Source: the human T2T-CHM13v2.0 reference genome, Homo sapiens
Length of the DNA: 64,000 nucleotides
Assembly: GCF_009914755.1 (NCBI RefSeq)
Contig: NC_060931.1
Direction: 5' to 3' (one strand)
Shown here: one piece after another, positions 1 to 13,848 of the stretch
Layout: the number at the start of each line of letters is the position of its first letter
Numbering within the stretch: position 1 is the stretch's first letter
Translations under genes and position numbers: made by a program
Notes under the pieces: generated by a model
Seen by the model: only the letters and a program-made list of their open reading frames with translations
The model's database searches: none
What the model was told of the DNA's origin: nothing

Positions 1-169
1 GGGCAGAGCCAGGCAACTGGATATCAGAAACAGTGAGCAGAGGGCTAAATGCCCTCCTTGCTTTGTCTCTACTTATTTTTGCCCGTCCACTTGAATCTTG
101 ATAATTTCGGAGACTTCGTTTCTCCTTTTGGTAGAAATCATGACCCATCCACTTTTCAGTTTTAGCTAC

Positions 170-350
170 AGGCAGAGAGACTGTCTCTCCTTTTCCACTG
201 CCATTGCTAAGATCCAAGGGAGAGATTCTGACTGGCTGAGATTAGCTCAGGAAAGGATTGTGGGTTGGTGTAACTTAAGCCAGGTGCTTACACCTGGATT
301 GGTCAGTTATGGGTAGAGAGACGGGACCATGTTGTCCAAATGTGCTTCTC
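170..350 (-). mobile_element. Old MaLR LTR fragment (MLT1J/K-like)
   Basis: 'gattctgactggctgag...ccaggtgcttacacctggattggtcagttatgggtagagagacgggaccatgt' resembles degenerate MLT1 LTR sequence; subfamily, strand and ends are approximate. Confidence 0.45.
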
Positions 351-1011
351 TAGAGGTGCCTCTGTACATGGTGCTGGAGTCAGTAGAGAACCCAGAAAGT
401 TAGGAGTTGGGCCTGCAGCAGTGGGTTCTAGGAAGCAAAACCTAATCTTCCTGCCATTTGGATGAGGCACTACTTACAGGCATAAATTCTTGACAGCCAT
501 AGAAGCTGCCTGGGTCATCCAAAGTTGACACTTTATAGTGATCACAAAATCTCAAATATGGATACGTATTTACAATTATGTATAATAATTGCCTAAATAT
601 TCATAGAGTCATTTTAAGTGCTATTCACAGATTAGTTCTATCTTGCTTAAGCTATTAAAAGCCATAGAAATACACAGGATTTTGTAGAGTGAGAGTTCAT
701 GTGTACATGCACTTAGAAAAGTCCAGAATTTATTAATATTTTAAGTACACCTATAGTAACTAATGAATTACTCCCCTGCCCCACCCAAGTATAAGACAGC
801 CACCTTGAGAGACACAAAGATCTCAAGGAATGTCAATTAGTAAATTACATATCTAGGGTACAAAATGAAACTTCTTTGTCCAAAGGGATTGTGGTCAACC
901 TGGAGAATCCAATTTGCATGCCATGCAGTACTACTTAAACTTCAGCAGGCAGCCTTCCTGAAGTGATGTTCCTAAGACTAGAAAATAGTAACTCACTCAT
1001 AGCTTCTTTCA

Positions 1012-1830
1012 CTCATGTTTCATTCAACAAATTTAATCCTCACTTGTATGCTAAGCCAAGCACTGTCATGGGAACTAGGGATGGGAAGAAGACAAAGACA
1101 TAGAAAACCTTCAGGGAAATATGGCCTAATTGAAGGGAAAGCTGAGGTACCTAGATGAATTACAAGACCCCGTAGCGTATGCTGTTTCTGAGGAATGGCA
1201 TGATGTCTGAATGCAAAAAACTGAGCCATACTCTGTAAGGGAGGAAGCAATTGAGTTAGATCTTGCTGCAGCACATGGAATAGATGTTACTAGGTAGCAA
1301 GAATGGGGTAGATCACAGGCAAAGGGGATATCATTTGCAAATAACAGAGTTAGGAAAGGCTTAGCATGTGGAGAGAAGCATGAAAACTTCTGTTTGTTTG
1401 GTCAGGGTCCATGGCAGTGTTGGGGGGAAGATGAGACTGTAAACATATGTTGGTATACACAGTTCCATAAAAACAGGCCTTGCACGGCAAGATGAGAGTT
1501 TGGACTTGATCCAGATGGAAGCCACTGGGTACCTTATATAGGTGAATGACACATCAGAATTGACATTTTGGAGGAGGATTCAGGCAGTGGCATGAAGGAT
1601 GGAGTGAAAGGGGGTGAAAGTTGTCATAATGGGGGATTTGAGAGGTGATAGAGATCTCAACCAAACTAATGTGGAAAGAAGGAGTCTGATTTTAGAGGCA
1701 TTTCTGAAGTGATGATTTTGTGACCACTGGGAAGGGGGGTCAAGGGAGGAATCGTGGATGACTCAGGTTTCAAGTCAGGCTGACTGGGTCAGTATTGATG
1801 ATGCCATCAATCACACAGCGAAAGTGGGGG
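1012..1830 (-). mobile_element. L2 LINE 3' fragment
   Basis: Starts 'cattcaacaaattt...gcactgtcatggg' (reverse complement of the L2 3' end); internal 'ggaagccactggg', 'gatgactcaggtttc...gactggg' typical of L2. Confidence 0.65.
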
Positions 1831-2077
1831 GATGGAGAAAATAGGAGCTCAGGGAGGGGCTTTCAGGACCTTCAGCTGGATGAGGTCAGAAGAGAGTACA
1901 TATTGATGATGCAGGAGTGATCCCAATTTTAGTTCAGTGTCTGGGAGACAAAACTACCTTAGTAGCAGAGATGGAGCTATAGGGGAATGAGTGGGAGGCC
2001 AGCCAGAACACTGGGATTTTGTCTGTGTCTACAGGAATAAATATACGTGGTGATGATAACCATTAAAAACAAAATAA

Positions 2078-2260
2078 ATACTGGGGACTAGTAGAGAGGG
2101 AAGGTAGGGAGGAAGGCAAGAGTTGAATAACTATTGGGTACCATGCTCACTACCTGGGTAATGGGATCATTAGAAGCCCAAACCTCAGTATCACTCAATA
2201 TACCCATGTAACAAACATACACATGTACCCCCGAATCTAAAATAAAAATTGAAATTATTT
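2078..2260 (+). mobile_element. L1 3' end (old L1PA/L1PB type)
   Basis: 'actggggact...ctattgggtaccatgctcactacctgggtaatgggatc...cccaaacctcagtatcactcaatatacccatgtaacaaac...tgtacccccgaatctaaaataaaa' matches the primate L1 3' UTR terminus. Confidence 0.85.
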
Positions 2261-2334
2261 TTTAAACTACAAAATAACTGTATATTAATCGTAGCACTTG
2301 ATATTTGTATAGCTTTTTTTTTTACTGTACATAT

Positions 2335-2448
2335 CTTTATTTTTTCATTTGTGGCAAAATACACATAACATAAAATTTACCATCCTAACCATTTTTAAAT
2401 GTACATTTCAGTAGTAATGGTAAGCACACTCACATGGTTGTGCAACCT
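2335..2448 (-). mobile_element. L1M (L1MB-like) 3' end fragment
   Basis: 'tgtggcaaaatacacataacataaaatttaccatcctaaccatttttaaatgtacatttcagtag...gttgtgcaacc' is the reverse complement of an L1MB 3' end. Confidence 0.75.
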
Positions 2449-2459
2449 ATGTAGTTTTT

Positions 2460-2570
2460 TTATGCCACATGTGTTAAAGTACCATATATAGTTCATTTAA
2501 ACCTCATAAGAAACACCCTGGATGAAAGGATGTCAAATATTTATTTTAGAAATGAGGAACTTTGAAACGG
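2460..2570 (-). mobile_element. MIR fragment
   Basis: 'ttcatttaaacctcataagaaacaccctg...ttattttagaaatgaggaact' resembles the MIR core. Confidence 0.55.
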
Positions 2571-3080
2571 GATGAACTGAAACAAAGTCGTAATGCTTTG
2601 GTGATAATATCCCCATGCCTTCTAGGGTCAGTATTGGGGTTATACCACAGTATCCTTAGTGATGATATTTTAACATCTAACTTCCAGTGGACCAAACAGT
2701 AACTCACTTATAGCCTGAGATCCTATTGCTTTCCTTAAGGAAACTGGAATGGAATCAGCCCCACAGCATGAACTGGGCCACCCAGCAGCAGCCAGGTCGC
2801 CGCTCTGAGAGGTCTGGTTCTGAGGGGCTCTGTGGGAGTAAGACAGCATGAGGCCATATAGCTTTGGATATAGGAAACGCCTAGAAAGGTAGAGAGATAT
2901 GATACCACACTTCCAGCTCTAGCAACATAGTGCTGTGTGACTGCGGCCTTGGGCAGTTTACTAATGCTTCTAAGCTTCTGCTTTTGTGTTTTTTTGTTTT
3001 TGTTGTTGTTGTTGTTTTTCCTTTTAAAAATCTAGATATAAAATACCTAGAATTATATGGCCCATAATAGTAACTACTCA

Positions 3081-3383
<303 letters not shown>

Positions 3384-4341
3384 TCAGTCCCTTCCACCCT
3401 GTTTCCTCCTGCTGGTCCCCCACCATTGACCGACTTACCCTGCAAAAAACCATAACACACATTAGCAAGATTCATTTATTACAGCCAAATCAGCACCCCA
3501 GGATCAGGCCTTTTAGGAAATGGGATCCAAAACATAAGTGTCTTAAAGAGGTAGAAGATCAGAGGGCTTTGAAACATGGCCATGTCATCAGTCTGAAATT
3601 TAGAAAGAAGTTCCCTGTGGCAAGAGAATCCGCAGGAAATCACTAAGCTTTGGAGGCCCAGGATATACCCAGTAAAGCACAGGCGGTGGGCCCCCAAGGG
3701 AAGATGGACAGCAAAGACAGCCTTTATAATCTGAGTAGATTTCACCCATGTCCCCCTCCACCTAAGCTCTGGTTTTCCTTTAGAGGAGGCTTTTAACTTA
3801 ATTCCTGTTGAATTTACTAATGTTGTGTGGTGTGAGATTTTAAGTATCTTCTCCAGCCTCCTGGGCCCCTCTCTCCTCCCCTGTCCCTTCCCCACCTCCC
3901 TATCCTGTCTTGAACTTCCAACCCCAAGAGCTCTTCTTTACACTGTTTGCTAAAATGGAGCCTCTTGTGTGATGCATACCCAGGAGGTGAAGCTTTCAGG
4001 GGTCCTAATGTGTGCTTCAGGATAAGGGCACCATGGGTCCCCTGCCTGCCAGTGTGCCCCTCAAAGAATGTGGGCTTTGGCAACATGGCATTAATTCACT
4101 GCCAATGAAACAATGATGGGAATTTTAATGATAGCGTTGCTGTCTAAAAGATGACGGGGGAGACTTCTCAGCGTCTGTGATCCAGAAAACACACTTTCTA
4201 GTAAGTATCTCTTATGGTCAGAAGTGAGAGTGAAATCTCTGTCAGTCCTTCCTAAGCATTACCTTGGCAAGCGCTACAGAGCAATGTAACATAGGATGTG
4301 TTCAGTTTAAGTAACAGAATGCCTGATAGTGGCTTTGTCCG

Positions 4342-4766
4342 TGTATTAGTTTCCTGTGGCTGTTCTAATGAATTATCACAAACTTGGCGGCTTAAAACAG
4401 TAGAAATGTATCTTCTTGGCATGCTGGATGCTAGAAGTTAAGCATCAGTTTCACTGGGCCAAAATCAAGGCATCAGCAGGGCCACATTCCTCCCAGACGC
4501 TCTAAAGGAGAATTGTTCCTTGCCTTGTCCAGCTTCTGGTTGCCACCAGCATTCCTTGGCTCTGGCAGCATCATTCTCATCTCTGCCTCTGTCTTCATGT
4601 GGCCTTTTCCTCTTTCGTGTGTCTCATCTCCGCCTGCCTCTCTCCTATAAGGACACTCGTGGTGGCATTTAGGGCCTATCCAGATAATCCAAGAAAATCT
4701 CACTTCGGGATTCTTAATTAGTCCTATCTGCAAAGATACTTTTTCCTTGTAAGGTAACATTTGCGG
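4342..4766 (-). mobile_element. MaLR LTR (MLT1B/C-like), 5'-truncated
   Basis: 'tgtattagtttcctgtggctg...aaacttggcggcttaaaaca...ttccttgccttgtccagcttctggt...ataaggacact...atttagggcc...ataatcca...tctgcaaaga...aaggtaacatt'. Confidence 0.85.
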
Positions 4767-5114
4767 GCCTTACAAAACACATTCAAGGCAGACAAGGAGA
4801 CAGGCGGTCATGTGTCCTGTATGTCCCCTTGGCTAGAAGAGTCCATTCCTAAGTGTGAGAGAGAAAGGAAAAGCAAAGATCTGGCAAAGAGGGGCAAGGA
4901 TTTCCATGACCCATCATGATTGTCCCCTGTGGGTTGGCGTTGTGCTGTCTTCTGTTAGCAAGAAAGAGGCGGAGGACATAGTTTGTGGGTGGTCGAAGAA
5001 CTATGACTGCCACCAAGGATGCGGGCTTCCACACCCCCAGTGTGTCAGACAAAAAGATCTGAATGGGGGTCTCTCTTTTTTTGGGGAAGGTAACGCTGTT
5101 TTTTAACGCTATTA

Positions 5115-5531
<417 letters not shown>

Positions 5532-6419
5532 CGACTGAGCGTTTCCCTGCTCAGTCACACTGATAAACCACCATCGCCTTTGAGTTTCTAACTCTGCCTA
5601 TCTCTGGAATCCACTGAGGAGGAAAGTGGGCTTAAGGTTTGGTCTTGGATTCTGAAGGTGCAGACCTCATCACCACCTGCTGCTGTGCAAAGCACACTAC
5701 TGGACCTCTCTAGAACCTCAGCAAGAATTCATACCTCCCAAGGCTGTGGCAAAGATGAAATGCAGGCCTCGGGAGTGCTTTGAGCTCTAGACCATTCCAC
5801 GAGCTGCTGTTCCTGTTGTCACTGGACAGTAGGGCCCACTGCTGCTTCATAGCCTAAAGCCAGGTGGAGGGAGTCCAGTACCCTTGTTGATTCTTTGCTT
5901 CCCTTTCCCTTGTCAGCCACACCCACCACACAGACTTCCACATACCCATGTGTTGTTGTTGTTTGTTTGTTTATGTTCGTTTGCCAGTTCTGACTTAGGA
6001 GCAAGCCTTTGGTGCTGAAGTTGGTACTGTTCTCACTCCTGAATGTAATGCCCATAATGGATGGAGAATGTCAGGGGAATTGTGGGTAATAGTAAGATTA
6101 CTGTCATATTCCCAAACCCTGGGGTGGGTGGGAAGAAGCCCCTAACCATGCAGCTTTATTTCCACTGTGCTTGTGGTGGGGCCTGGACCACCTTATTCCT
6201 GGTGGCCTTCATCTTGGGTGCTACAGGTGGCAATGGCAAGGACTGAAGTGGGGAGAGTGAAGATGCCCGCAGCATCTGTGCCTGGCCCTGGCTCATTCGT
6301 CTGATTGGATTGTTAGCAAGCCAAATATGACCTGGCCTGCAGGGTACAAGAAGACATGGAATACCTGGTAGGCAGCTAGATAGGAACGCGGGACTTCCCA
6401 GCAGCTGAGCGTGGAGAGG

Positions 6420-6760
6420 AGGTTCCCTACCTGGCTACACATCACAGTCACTCAGAGTGCTGTGCTCAGAGAGGCACTTTGGCAATACCCTGGACATTCC
6501 GATTCAGAAGTTTCTTAGGCAGGTGTGGTGGCTCATGCCTGTAGTTTCAGCTACTTCAAGAGGCCAAGGTGGGAGGATCACTTGAGGCCAGGAGTTCAAG
6601 GCTGCAGTGAGCTGTGATCATGCCACTGCACTTCAGCCTGGGTGACAGAGTGAGACTCTGTCGCTACAATTAAAAAAAAGAAGTTTCCAGGTGAGGTACA
6701 GGAATCTATATTTCTAAAAGCAACCCTGGGACTACTGATGCATAGCCTGCCTGGCAAATA
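6420..6760. mobile_element. MER5-like hAT-Charlie relic interrupted by an Alu monomer
   Basis: 'ggttccctacctggctacacatcacagtcac...ccgattcagaag' and 'caggaatctatatttctaaaagcaaccctggg...ctgatgca' resemble MER5. Confidence 0.5.
6517..6678 (+). mobile_element. FRAM/FAM Alu monomer
   Basis: Single monomer with 'aggagttcaaggctgcagtgagctgtgatcatgccactgcac'; A tail; TSD agaagtttc at 6506-6514 and 6679-6687. Confidence 0.9.
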
Positions 6761-6769
6761 CACAGTTTT

Positions 6770-6995
6770 TAGGAGAAAACCATGAGCTTTGGGGTCAGGG
6801 AAACCTGTTTTTGGTAACAGCTGTGCTACTTACTAGCCATGTGAGCTTTGTCAGTCACCTACCGGCCTCTAAACTTCAGTATCCTCAGCTTTAAAGCTAG
6901 TGTGGTACTAATACCTGCCTCACAGGATTGCTGTGAGGATGTAATAAGATGTTTATGCACAGGTTATATGTATGCACATCATGGTGCTTTAAAAA
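6770..6995 (+). mobile_element. MIR
   Basis: 'gctacttactagccatgtgag...cttcagtatcctcag...taatacctgcctcacaggattgctgtgaggat'. Confidence 0.75.
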
Positions 6996-8043
6996 CCCTC
7001 AACTTCCCCCTAACCCAGCACGGAAGTTCAAGGGCAGACTGGCCCACTGGCTTTGGCTCTGGTGCCCCCAGCCACTTCCCACCAACTCCATCCATGTAAG
7101 ATTTACATAGCCATGGCCAAATTGTTACTGCAATTAACAATCACACCTAAAAGCTTTTACTTTTACTTTTACTTTACTTAAAGGGAACTCTTAAAGAGTG
7201 TTTACTTCATATCATTAGCAAATCATTGTTAATTCTTGTGATACTCACCGTAATAACATCTATCCAAATGAACATGTTTGCTCTTAATGCGAGTGTCATG
7301 TGCAATTTGGGAGAAATTCTGTTGTCATTTAGCATTAATTAACGCCCACTTACTGTAAAGTGTTCAGAGACACCAATATCAGCGAGATTTCCAGACCACA
7401 TAGACAGGACAGAAGAGCTGGGAAGGGGCCAGAAGCCACTAGCAGGGCTGCACTGTGACTGAAGGCAGTGGCCCTGGGCACACTTCTCTGCTGAGGGCAG
7501 GCAGGCCAGCCTTCTGGCTGGAGGATCTAGGTGTCCACCCATAGGTGTTCAGAGCACACAACTGGGCCATCCCAGCCTGGCTCCACTCACTGTGGCTGGA
7601 AGGGGTTCTGCCTCTCCATCCCCAGCCCTTCAATCTCACACAACCACCTCTGATGACCTCTCCTCCCAGCTGCAGCCACCTTGGATGTTGATTTTTAACC
7701 TGATTTCACCTGGCTGCACATGTCAGCTGGTGGGCCCTGGAGTGTGAAGTGTGACTTGCTTGGGCCCCTGCAGCCTTGCCTCCCTGCAGCGACTTCCTGC
7801 AGTTTGACTTTGGGGCAGCGGCTGCCGGAGAAGCCTGAAAGTTGAGCTCAGGAAGTCATCTTCATCTCCACCCCCAAGCAGGTGCTTGATCAGGACTGTT
7901 TATTAATGTGTTCTATTTTCTCAAATGCGTCCTCCAAAACAGAGTGTGTGTGAGATACTACTCCTGTGCCTGGGACAGTCAGTGTGACAGTGAACAGTGC
8001 TGCTCTAGGTGTGGGGACACAGCCTTACGTTCCCTTTCTTCCA

Positions 8044-8225
8044 GGCAGCTCAGTGTAGTGGAAACTACAATAACTGACCGGGGCTGTGCCCACCAGCTGT
8101 GTGAGGGGGCCTCAGTTTTCCCACCTGTAAACGGGGCTCACTTTACCCACCCCGTGGAATGGTTTAATTAGGTGTGATGAAGTCCTGCATGCCACAGGTG
8201 GTGCTTAGTAGCCATCGCCTTATTA
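8044..8225 (+). mobile_element. MIR fragment
   Basis: 'cagctgtgtga...gcctcagttttcccacctgtaaacgggg'. Confidence 0.6.
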
Positions 8226-11214
8226 AAAATGCCAGTGATCACCGAGGATCATGATTTCCCTCCCCTTGTGTCCACACCTCAGACACGTCCTCTCTCCTTC
8301 TGGAGGGGTGGGAACAGAGGAACAGTGCCTCTCACCTGAGGAGGGAACTTCTCTGAATCCACCAGGAAACCCAGTCACAAATCACACAGAAGCAGTGTTC
8401 ATTTTTTCTGTCCACAACCAATATGACTAAAGTACGGTGGAAAGACAAGTATTTTTTGTCCTGGTGAGGAAAGGTGCCTTGATATGTACTTTTTTTCTGC
8501 CTTGTGGATGGACTGCATTGGACAGAGGTGGGGGTGGTGGAGGGAGTGGAATTTACCATGGTGGTACAAATGAGTCAGTCTGCTCAATAGGGATGTGTCC
8601 CATACAGAGCCGCAGATGCCTGGTTTAAAAGACTCAGGCTGCAGTTAACTATGCTAAACTCAAATTTTACTGAGTGGAATTTAGTCTTTCTCTGATGATT
8701 AAAAGGCCCTTCAGAATCTTCTGAGCCGTTTTGTTGAACAGTGCTTTTTTGTTACTTCCTGGGTGTAGGAAATGGTGGGGAACAGAGGGTTTTGCTGGAA
8801 CACCCACTGGACTTGTGTGTCCTCCTCTCGGTTTCTAAGGGCCCCTCAGGCCACACGCCTCCCATTTCCAAGAGAGTGAGAGGGGCCTAGAAAAGGCTGA
8901 ACACAAAGCCCCACAACCGCCAAATTCCCTTTCAAGGGTGTTACTTAGTAAACATGAGCCCTTGAGCCCACATTCTTCCAGACTGTGTCTGCCTCAGGCC
9001 ACCCCTCCTTCTAGAAGGAGCAGTGGGGGCCCTGGCAGGAGGCTGCCGGCTCAGCCTGGAGTGGCCCACAGCAATGCTCCAATTCACAGTGAAATGATTT
9101 CCTCTGCCTCGTATAATTTAACCTGCCCACATTGCTAAACTTCTATATTACACATTTCTGTCAGGATGTCAGAAGAAATGATAAGCCTCCTTGAAACAGC
9201 AACCTCTATTACATGCTAAGAGCATTGCGCCTGGCTCCCCCCAGCTCTGGTCCTTCTGGTATGTTTCTGAGATTTTTAGCATGGTCTCTCAAGTATAAAG
9301 AATACCCTACTTCATGACCCCAGCCTCTTGTTAGCTGATAGATGAAATCTTTTCTAAAGCTGACTCTCTTGTCTATTATGTTTTCAAAATTCAAGGTTTA
9401 AGATTCTTGGATGGCTGCCAAGTGGCCGGGCTTTCTTAGTAGGTGAATTGCTCCTCTCTTTTTTTGATCCTTAAACAGGAAGTAGTTGTTTTTTAGGGTG
9501 GAGGGAAGCGGGAGGCATGTTCCACCTCCCTTCTCCCTTTGTTGATGTTTCCAGGCAATTGGTGGGGAATTTTTTCAGGAATTTCTCCTCGGGGACCATA
9601 CTTTAGGAATAAACCCAAACACGGAAAAGCCATTTCCTTGTCTGGTGGGAGCTTGTGTTTTCTCGCTAGATTGTGTCACCCAGAATTTGTTGTGGAGCTT
9701 CTTGACAATTGTGCTGTGCACGTGACTGCAGCATGGACCACTGAGGGGGAATAGCACCAAGCTGCTCCATCCACACGGGAGACACTTGCGAGATCTCAGG
9801 GCCATGGACAGTGCAGCTGCCTGTCGCTCCCTGCAACTTACTCCCGACCCGGGCCTCCTCAGAGACAGCCACAATGCAGACAGTCCACACATAGGATGGC
9901 TCAGGACTCTCTTCATTATTAGCTGTGGTTGTGTGGTTTCCCCGGGAGAGAGAACTAAGACTGAGTTTCATTTAAACCTAAAAGTGAGGAAGAACAGATG
10001 CCATATTCCTACCCTTAGTTGTTAATTTGGATTACAAACACCCATGCTTTTCTTCAGGTCATTAGTCATGTGGCTTTTTTCTTCTTTGTCTCACTAGATT
10101 CTGTGGGAACAGATTTCTTTCTGCATAGCATTTAGTGGTGGGAAAATGATGTTTGCTGACCATCCTTGAAATTGAGGCACAATGTAGTTCTTGATTAGGA
10201 AGACTCTGGAATAAGCGCCCAGGAGAAATGGAAGGTGTTTGGTTTCCAAAAGTGGTACCTTCAACTCTTTTTGTAAGCTGAGTGTGTTTCTCTCCAAAGT
10301 TCCTAGCCCATTAGTGAACTGTCATACACTTCAAGGCCAGCTCACCACTCCGATAGCTAAGCTGTCATACATAGTCCAGGGTCCGTGTGAGCCCCAGCTC
10401 TTTTAAAACTCCTGGCTGGCTGTGTCCAGAGAAGACATTCTTATCAGTTTTCTCAGTTACTTTTGGGAAACCATCTCAGAGTGTAACCTAAGTCTAAACT
10501 CAGACAAGGCACTGTGTGTTTTACAAAATACACATCCCACTCACCTGGGCTTAATTACCTGTAAAACTGAAGTAATGAAAGCAGTGCCTCAGGCTTCTTT
10601 GCAGCTCAAAGGGGATGGGCCAGGGATTGGAATGTAGACCTGGGAGCTTCCTTTGGGTGCCTCCTGGATGAACTGCACTGTAGGTTCAGTGAGACTCCTT
10701 CCGGGATAAGCCAAGGACAACAGAGCCAGACTGTGGGGCAGAGGGTCTCATGGTCCTCATGGCAAAGCCAGCCCCAGCCCTCAGTGTGCCCTCATGACTG
10801 TGAGTCCAGTCTTTACAACAGGAACATAACAATTCTACAGAAGGGTGGAGGATCTAACACTGAACAAGCAAGGCCCCATGGACCAGGCCCCCAATAGACG
10901 TTACTTCATTCAGTCATCCCCACAGCCCCGGGAGGTGGAGGCATCACTTTCCATACCGTATAGAGGAGGGAACTCCCCACCAACTAGTGAAGTTTAAAAC
11001 CAGCATTCCAAGCAGGGCTGCCCAGCTACCCTGCCTACTTTGTCCTGTTGCTGCATCTTCTCTCTGATTCCCCTGAAGTCTGTGCGAAGTGCCACAGGAG
11101 GTCGAAGGAGGGACCAGAAAGGTGAGGGTTTCCCGGAAGTAGTGGAAGCGGACCGTGTCCTGAGAGGTCCCCAGCCCGAGAAGGAGGCAGCCAACCTCAG
11201 CAAGGACAGCCTGG

Positions 11215-11528
<314 letters not shown>

Positions 11529-12429
11529 AGCCTGGTCTTAGAGTGGGGTCAGCTTCGGCTTCCTATTGTGAGAATCAGGCCTCTGGCACTTATCAGCCCT
11601 GAGGCCTGGCTTAATTTACTTCGAATGTCTCTGTCTCCATTTCCTGGTCTGTAAGGTATCACTGGAAGTGTTCTCAACCCTTTAGTATGCTTTAGTGTGA
11701 GAAAGCTTGTAAAAATGCCTGCATGGTGCCTTGCTGGTGCCCAGTCAGTCCTGCATTTCTCGGCTCTGCAAAATCACAGACACATGGAATGGGATGGTAT
11801 GCCCCAGAAGAACTGGGGGATTGGGAGACCTGGCAGGTGTGAGCCCTGGGTTTGGGAAGGGCAGAAGGTAAGTGGTGACAGATAAGTCTAGGAAGGCATT
11901 TGGGTGTCAGGTCATAAAGGACCTTGAAAAACCAACCCCTGGGTTAGTTGAAGCTTTGGTTTAGTTTGGTTTCACGGAGGAACAGGATGATGAGATTTTT
12001 CTTTAGGGGAAGATGACGGCAGCAATAAGAGTGTTGGAAAAGTCACCCTGAACAACTTTTGTAGGTAACTTAAGGGCAGAAAAAAGGAACTCTTTATTTT
12101 CAAGTGGCATCATGGCTATCACAGCTCATCAGTGCCTGGAACAACACCTTTAATAATGTCAATAGGAACGCTTCGAACTGCTGCAGAAATTCTGCTTCCT
12201 GAATGTTTGAACTTACCCTCCCATTTAATCTTTAAACCATCCCTTCAAGAGAGGGAGGACACAAGGGTTTTTCTCAATTATGTACCACTGTGAGCTTGGC
12301 TTAGTTACCAAAGGCTGATGATGGGCTCAGCAGTGGGATCCGAGTCCCTGCGTTCCCACCCAGGCTTCCCACCATTTTCCTCTTAGGTGCGCATCCGCTT
12401 TGAAGCTGCATTCTCTCTGAGACATGTGG

Positions 12430-12635
12430 TGGTAATGATAATGTTAATACTAGTAATGATCATAGTAATCGCTAACATTGAGAAAGCATTTACTTATTAT
12501 ATGCCAGGAATACGTTGCTAGTTTTGAATTGTTTTGTGTAATTATCATCTCCTCTTTCCAACTAAGAAAACTGAACGGTAATGAGATAAATTACCCTAGG
12601 ACACATAACAAGGGTGTGGTAGGATAGAACCACAC
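12430..12635 (-). mobile_element. MIR
   Basis: 'gctaacattgagaaagcatttac...atgccagg...aagaaaactga...aattaccctaggacaca'. Confidence 0.6.
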
Positions 12636-12846
12636 CCTTCCCAGGTGAGGAGTTGCCTGTCATTTCTCAGGGTCCTCCGTGGCACCTGGGGACAGGTGGA
12701 GGTGGGCGTGGGTTGTCAGGACATCAGGGGCCTAACTCTGACTCTGCGTCAATCAGAGAAGCTTGATTTTTATCTGTTTCATTGGCCTTTCTCAAAAGAG
12801 TTGATTTGAGAAAGTGTTTTTTAAATAGCTTTTTAAAGCGGAAAGG

Positions 12847-13160
12847 GGCCGTGTGCGCTGGCTAATGCCTGTAATCCCAGCATATTGGGAGGCTGAGGTA
12901 GGCAGATCACCTGAGGTCAGGAGTTTGAGACCAGCCTGGCCAACATGGTGAAACCCCATCTCTACGAGAAATACAAAAATTATCCAGGTGTGGTGGCATG
13001 CGTCTGTAGTCCCAGCTACTCAGGAGGCTGAGGCGGGAGAATCACTTGAACCTGGATGGCGGAGGTTGCAGTGAGCCGAGATTGAGTCACTGCACTCCAG
13101 CCTGGGTGATAGAGCAAGACTCCGTGTCGAAAAAACAAAAACAAAATAAAAATAATAAAA
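12847..13160 (+). mobile_element. AluSx-like
   Basis: Full dimer with A-rich tail; TSD taaagcggaaagg (12834-12846) / taaagtggatagg (13161-13173). Confidence 0.95.
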
Positions 13161-13214
13161 TAAAGTGGATAGGGGTTGATTGGGGTTTTTCTTTTTTGGA
13201 AAAAAGCAATTAAA

Positions 13215-13385
13215 AAGAAGATGGATTGATAGATACATAATGAGCTGGGTAGATGGGGAGACACATGATAAAGCAAGTGTAGTACAGTGTTAATAAAGTC
13301 AGTGGTGGGTATATAGGTATTCACTCTAAAATACCACTTTTCTCTATGTTTGAAAATTTTCATAATAAAATGTTGGAGGAGAAAC
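13215..13385 (+). mobile_element. L1ME 3' end fragment
   Basis: 'gataaagcaagtgtag...ggtgggtatataggtattcact...ttttctctatgtttgaaaattttcataataaaatgttgg'. Confidence 0.75.
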
Positions 13386-13551
13386 TAGCCAAGTAAATAA
13401 TTTCTAAGGGCCCTTCCAATTTTTTAAAAAATTTTATTTCCTGCACTTCTCTCTACATCCTATAGTTGTGATCATGTACAACCATGACGTGATCATTAAT
13501 CTAGATAGATCTCCTAGTCACCACTGGATGTTGCCACTAAAAAAAAATCTA

Positions 13552-13848
13552 GGCTGGGTGCAGTGGCTCACACCTGTAATCCCAGCACTGTGAGAGGCCA
13601 AGGTGAGTGGATCATCTGAGGTCAGGAGTTCGAGACTAGGCAGAACAATATGGTGAAACCCCCTCTCTGCTAAAAATATAAAAATTAGCCAGGTGTGGTG
13701 GCAGGTGCCTGTAGTCACAGCTACTCGGGAGGCTGAGGCAGGGAGAATTGCTTGAACCCGGGAAGCGGAGATTGCAGTGACCCGAGATTGCGCCACTGCA
13801 CTCCAGCCTGGGTGACAGAGCGAGACTCCGTCTCAAAAAAAAAAAAAA
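13552..13848 (+). mobile_element. AluSx-like
   Basis: Full dimer with poly-A; TSD-like aaaaaaatct on both sides. Confidence 0.95.
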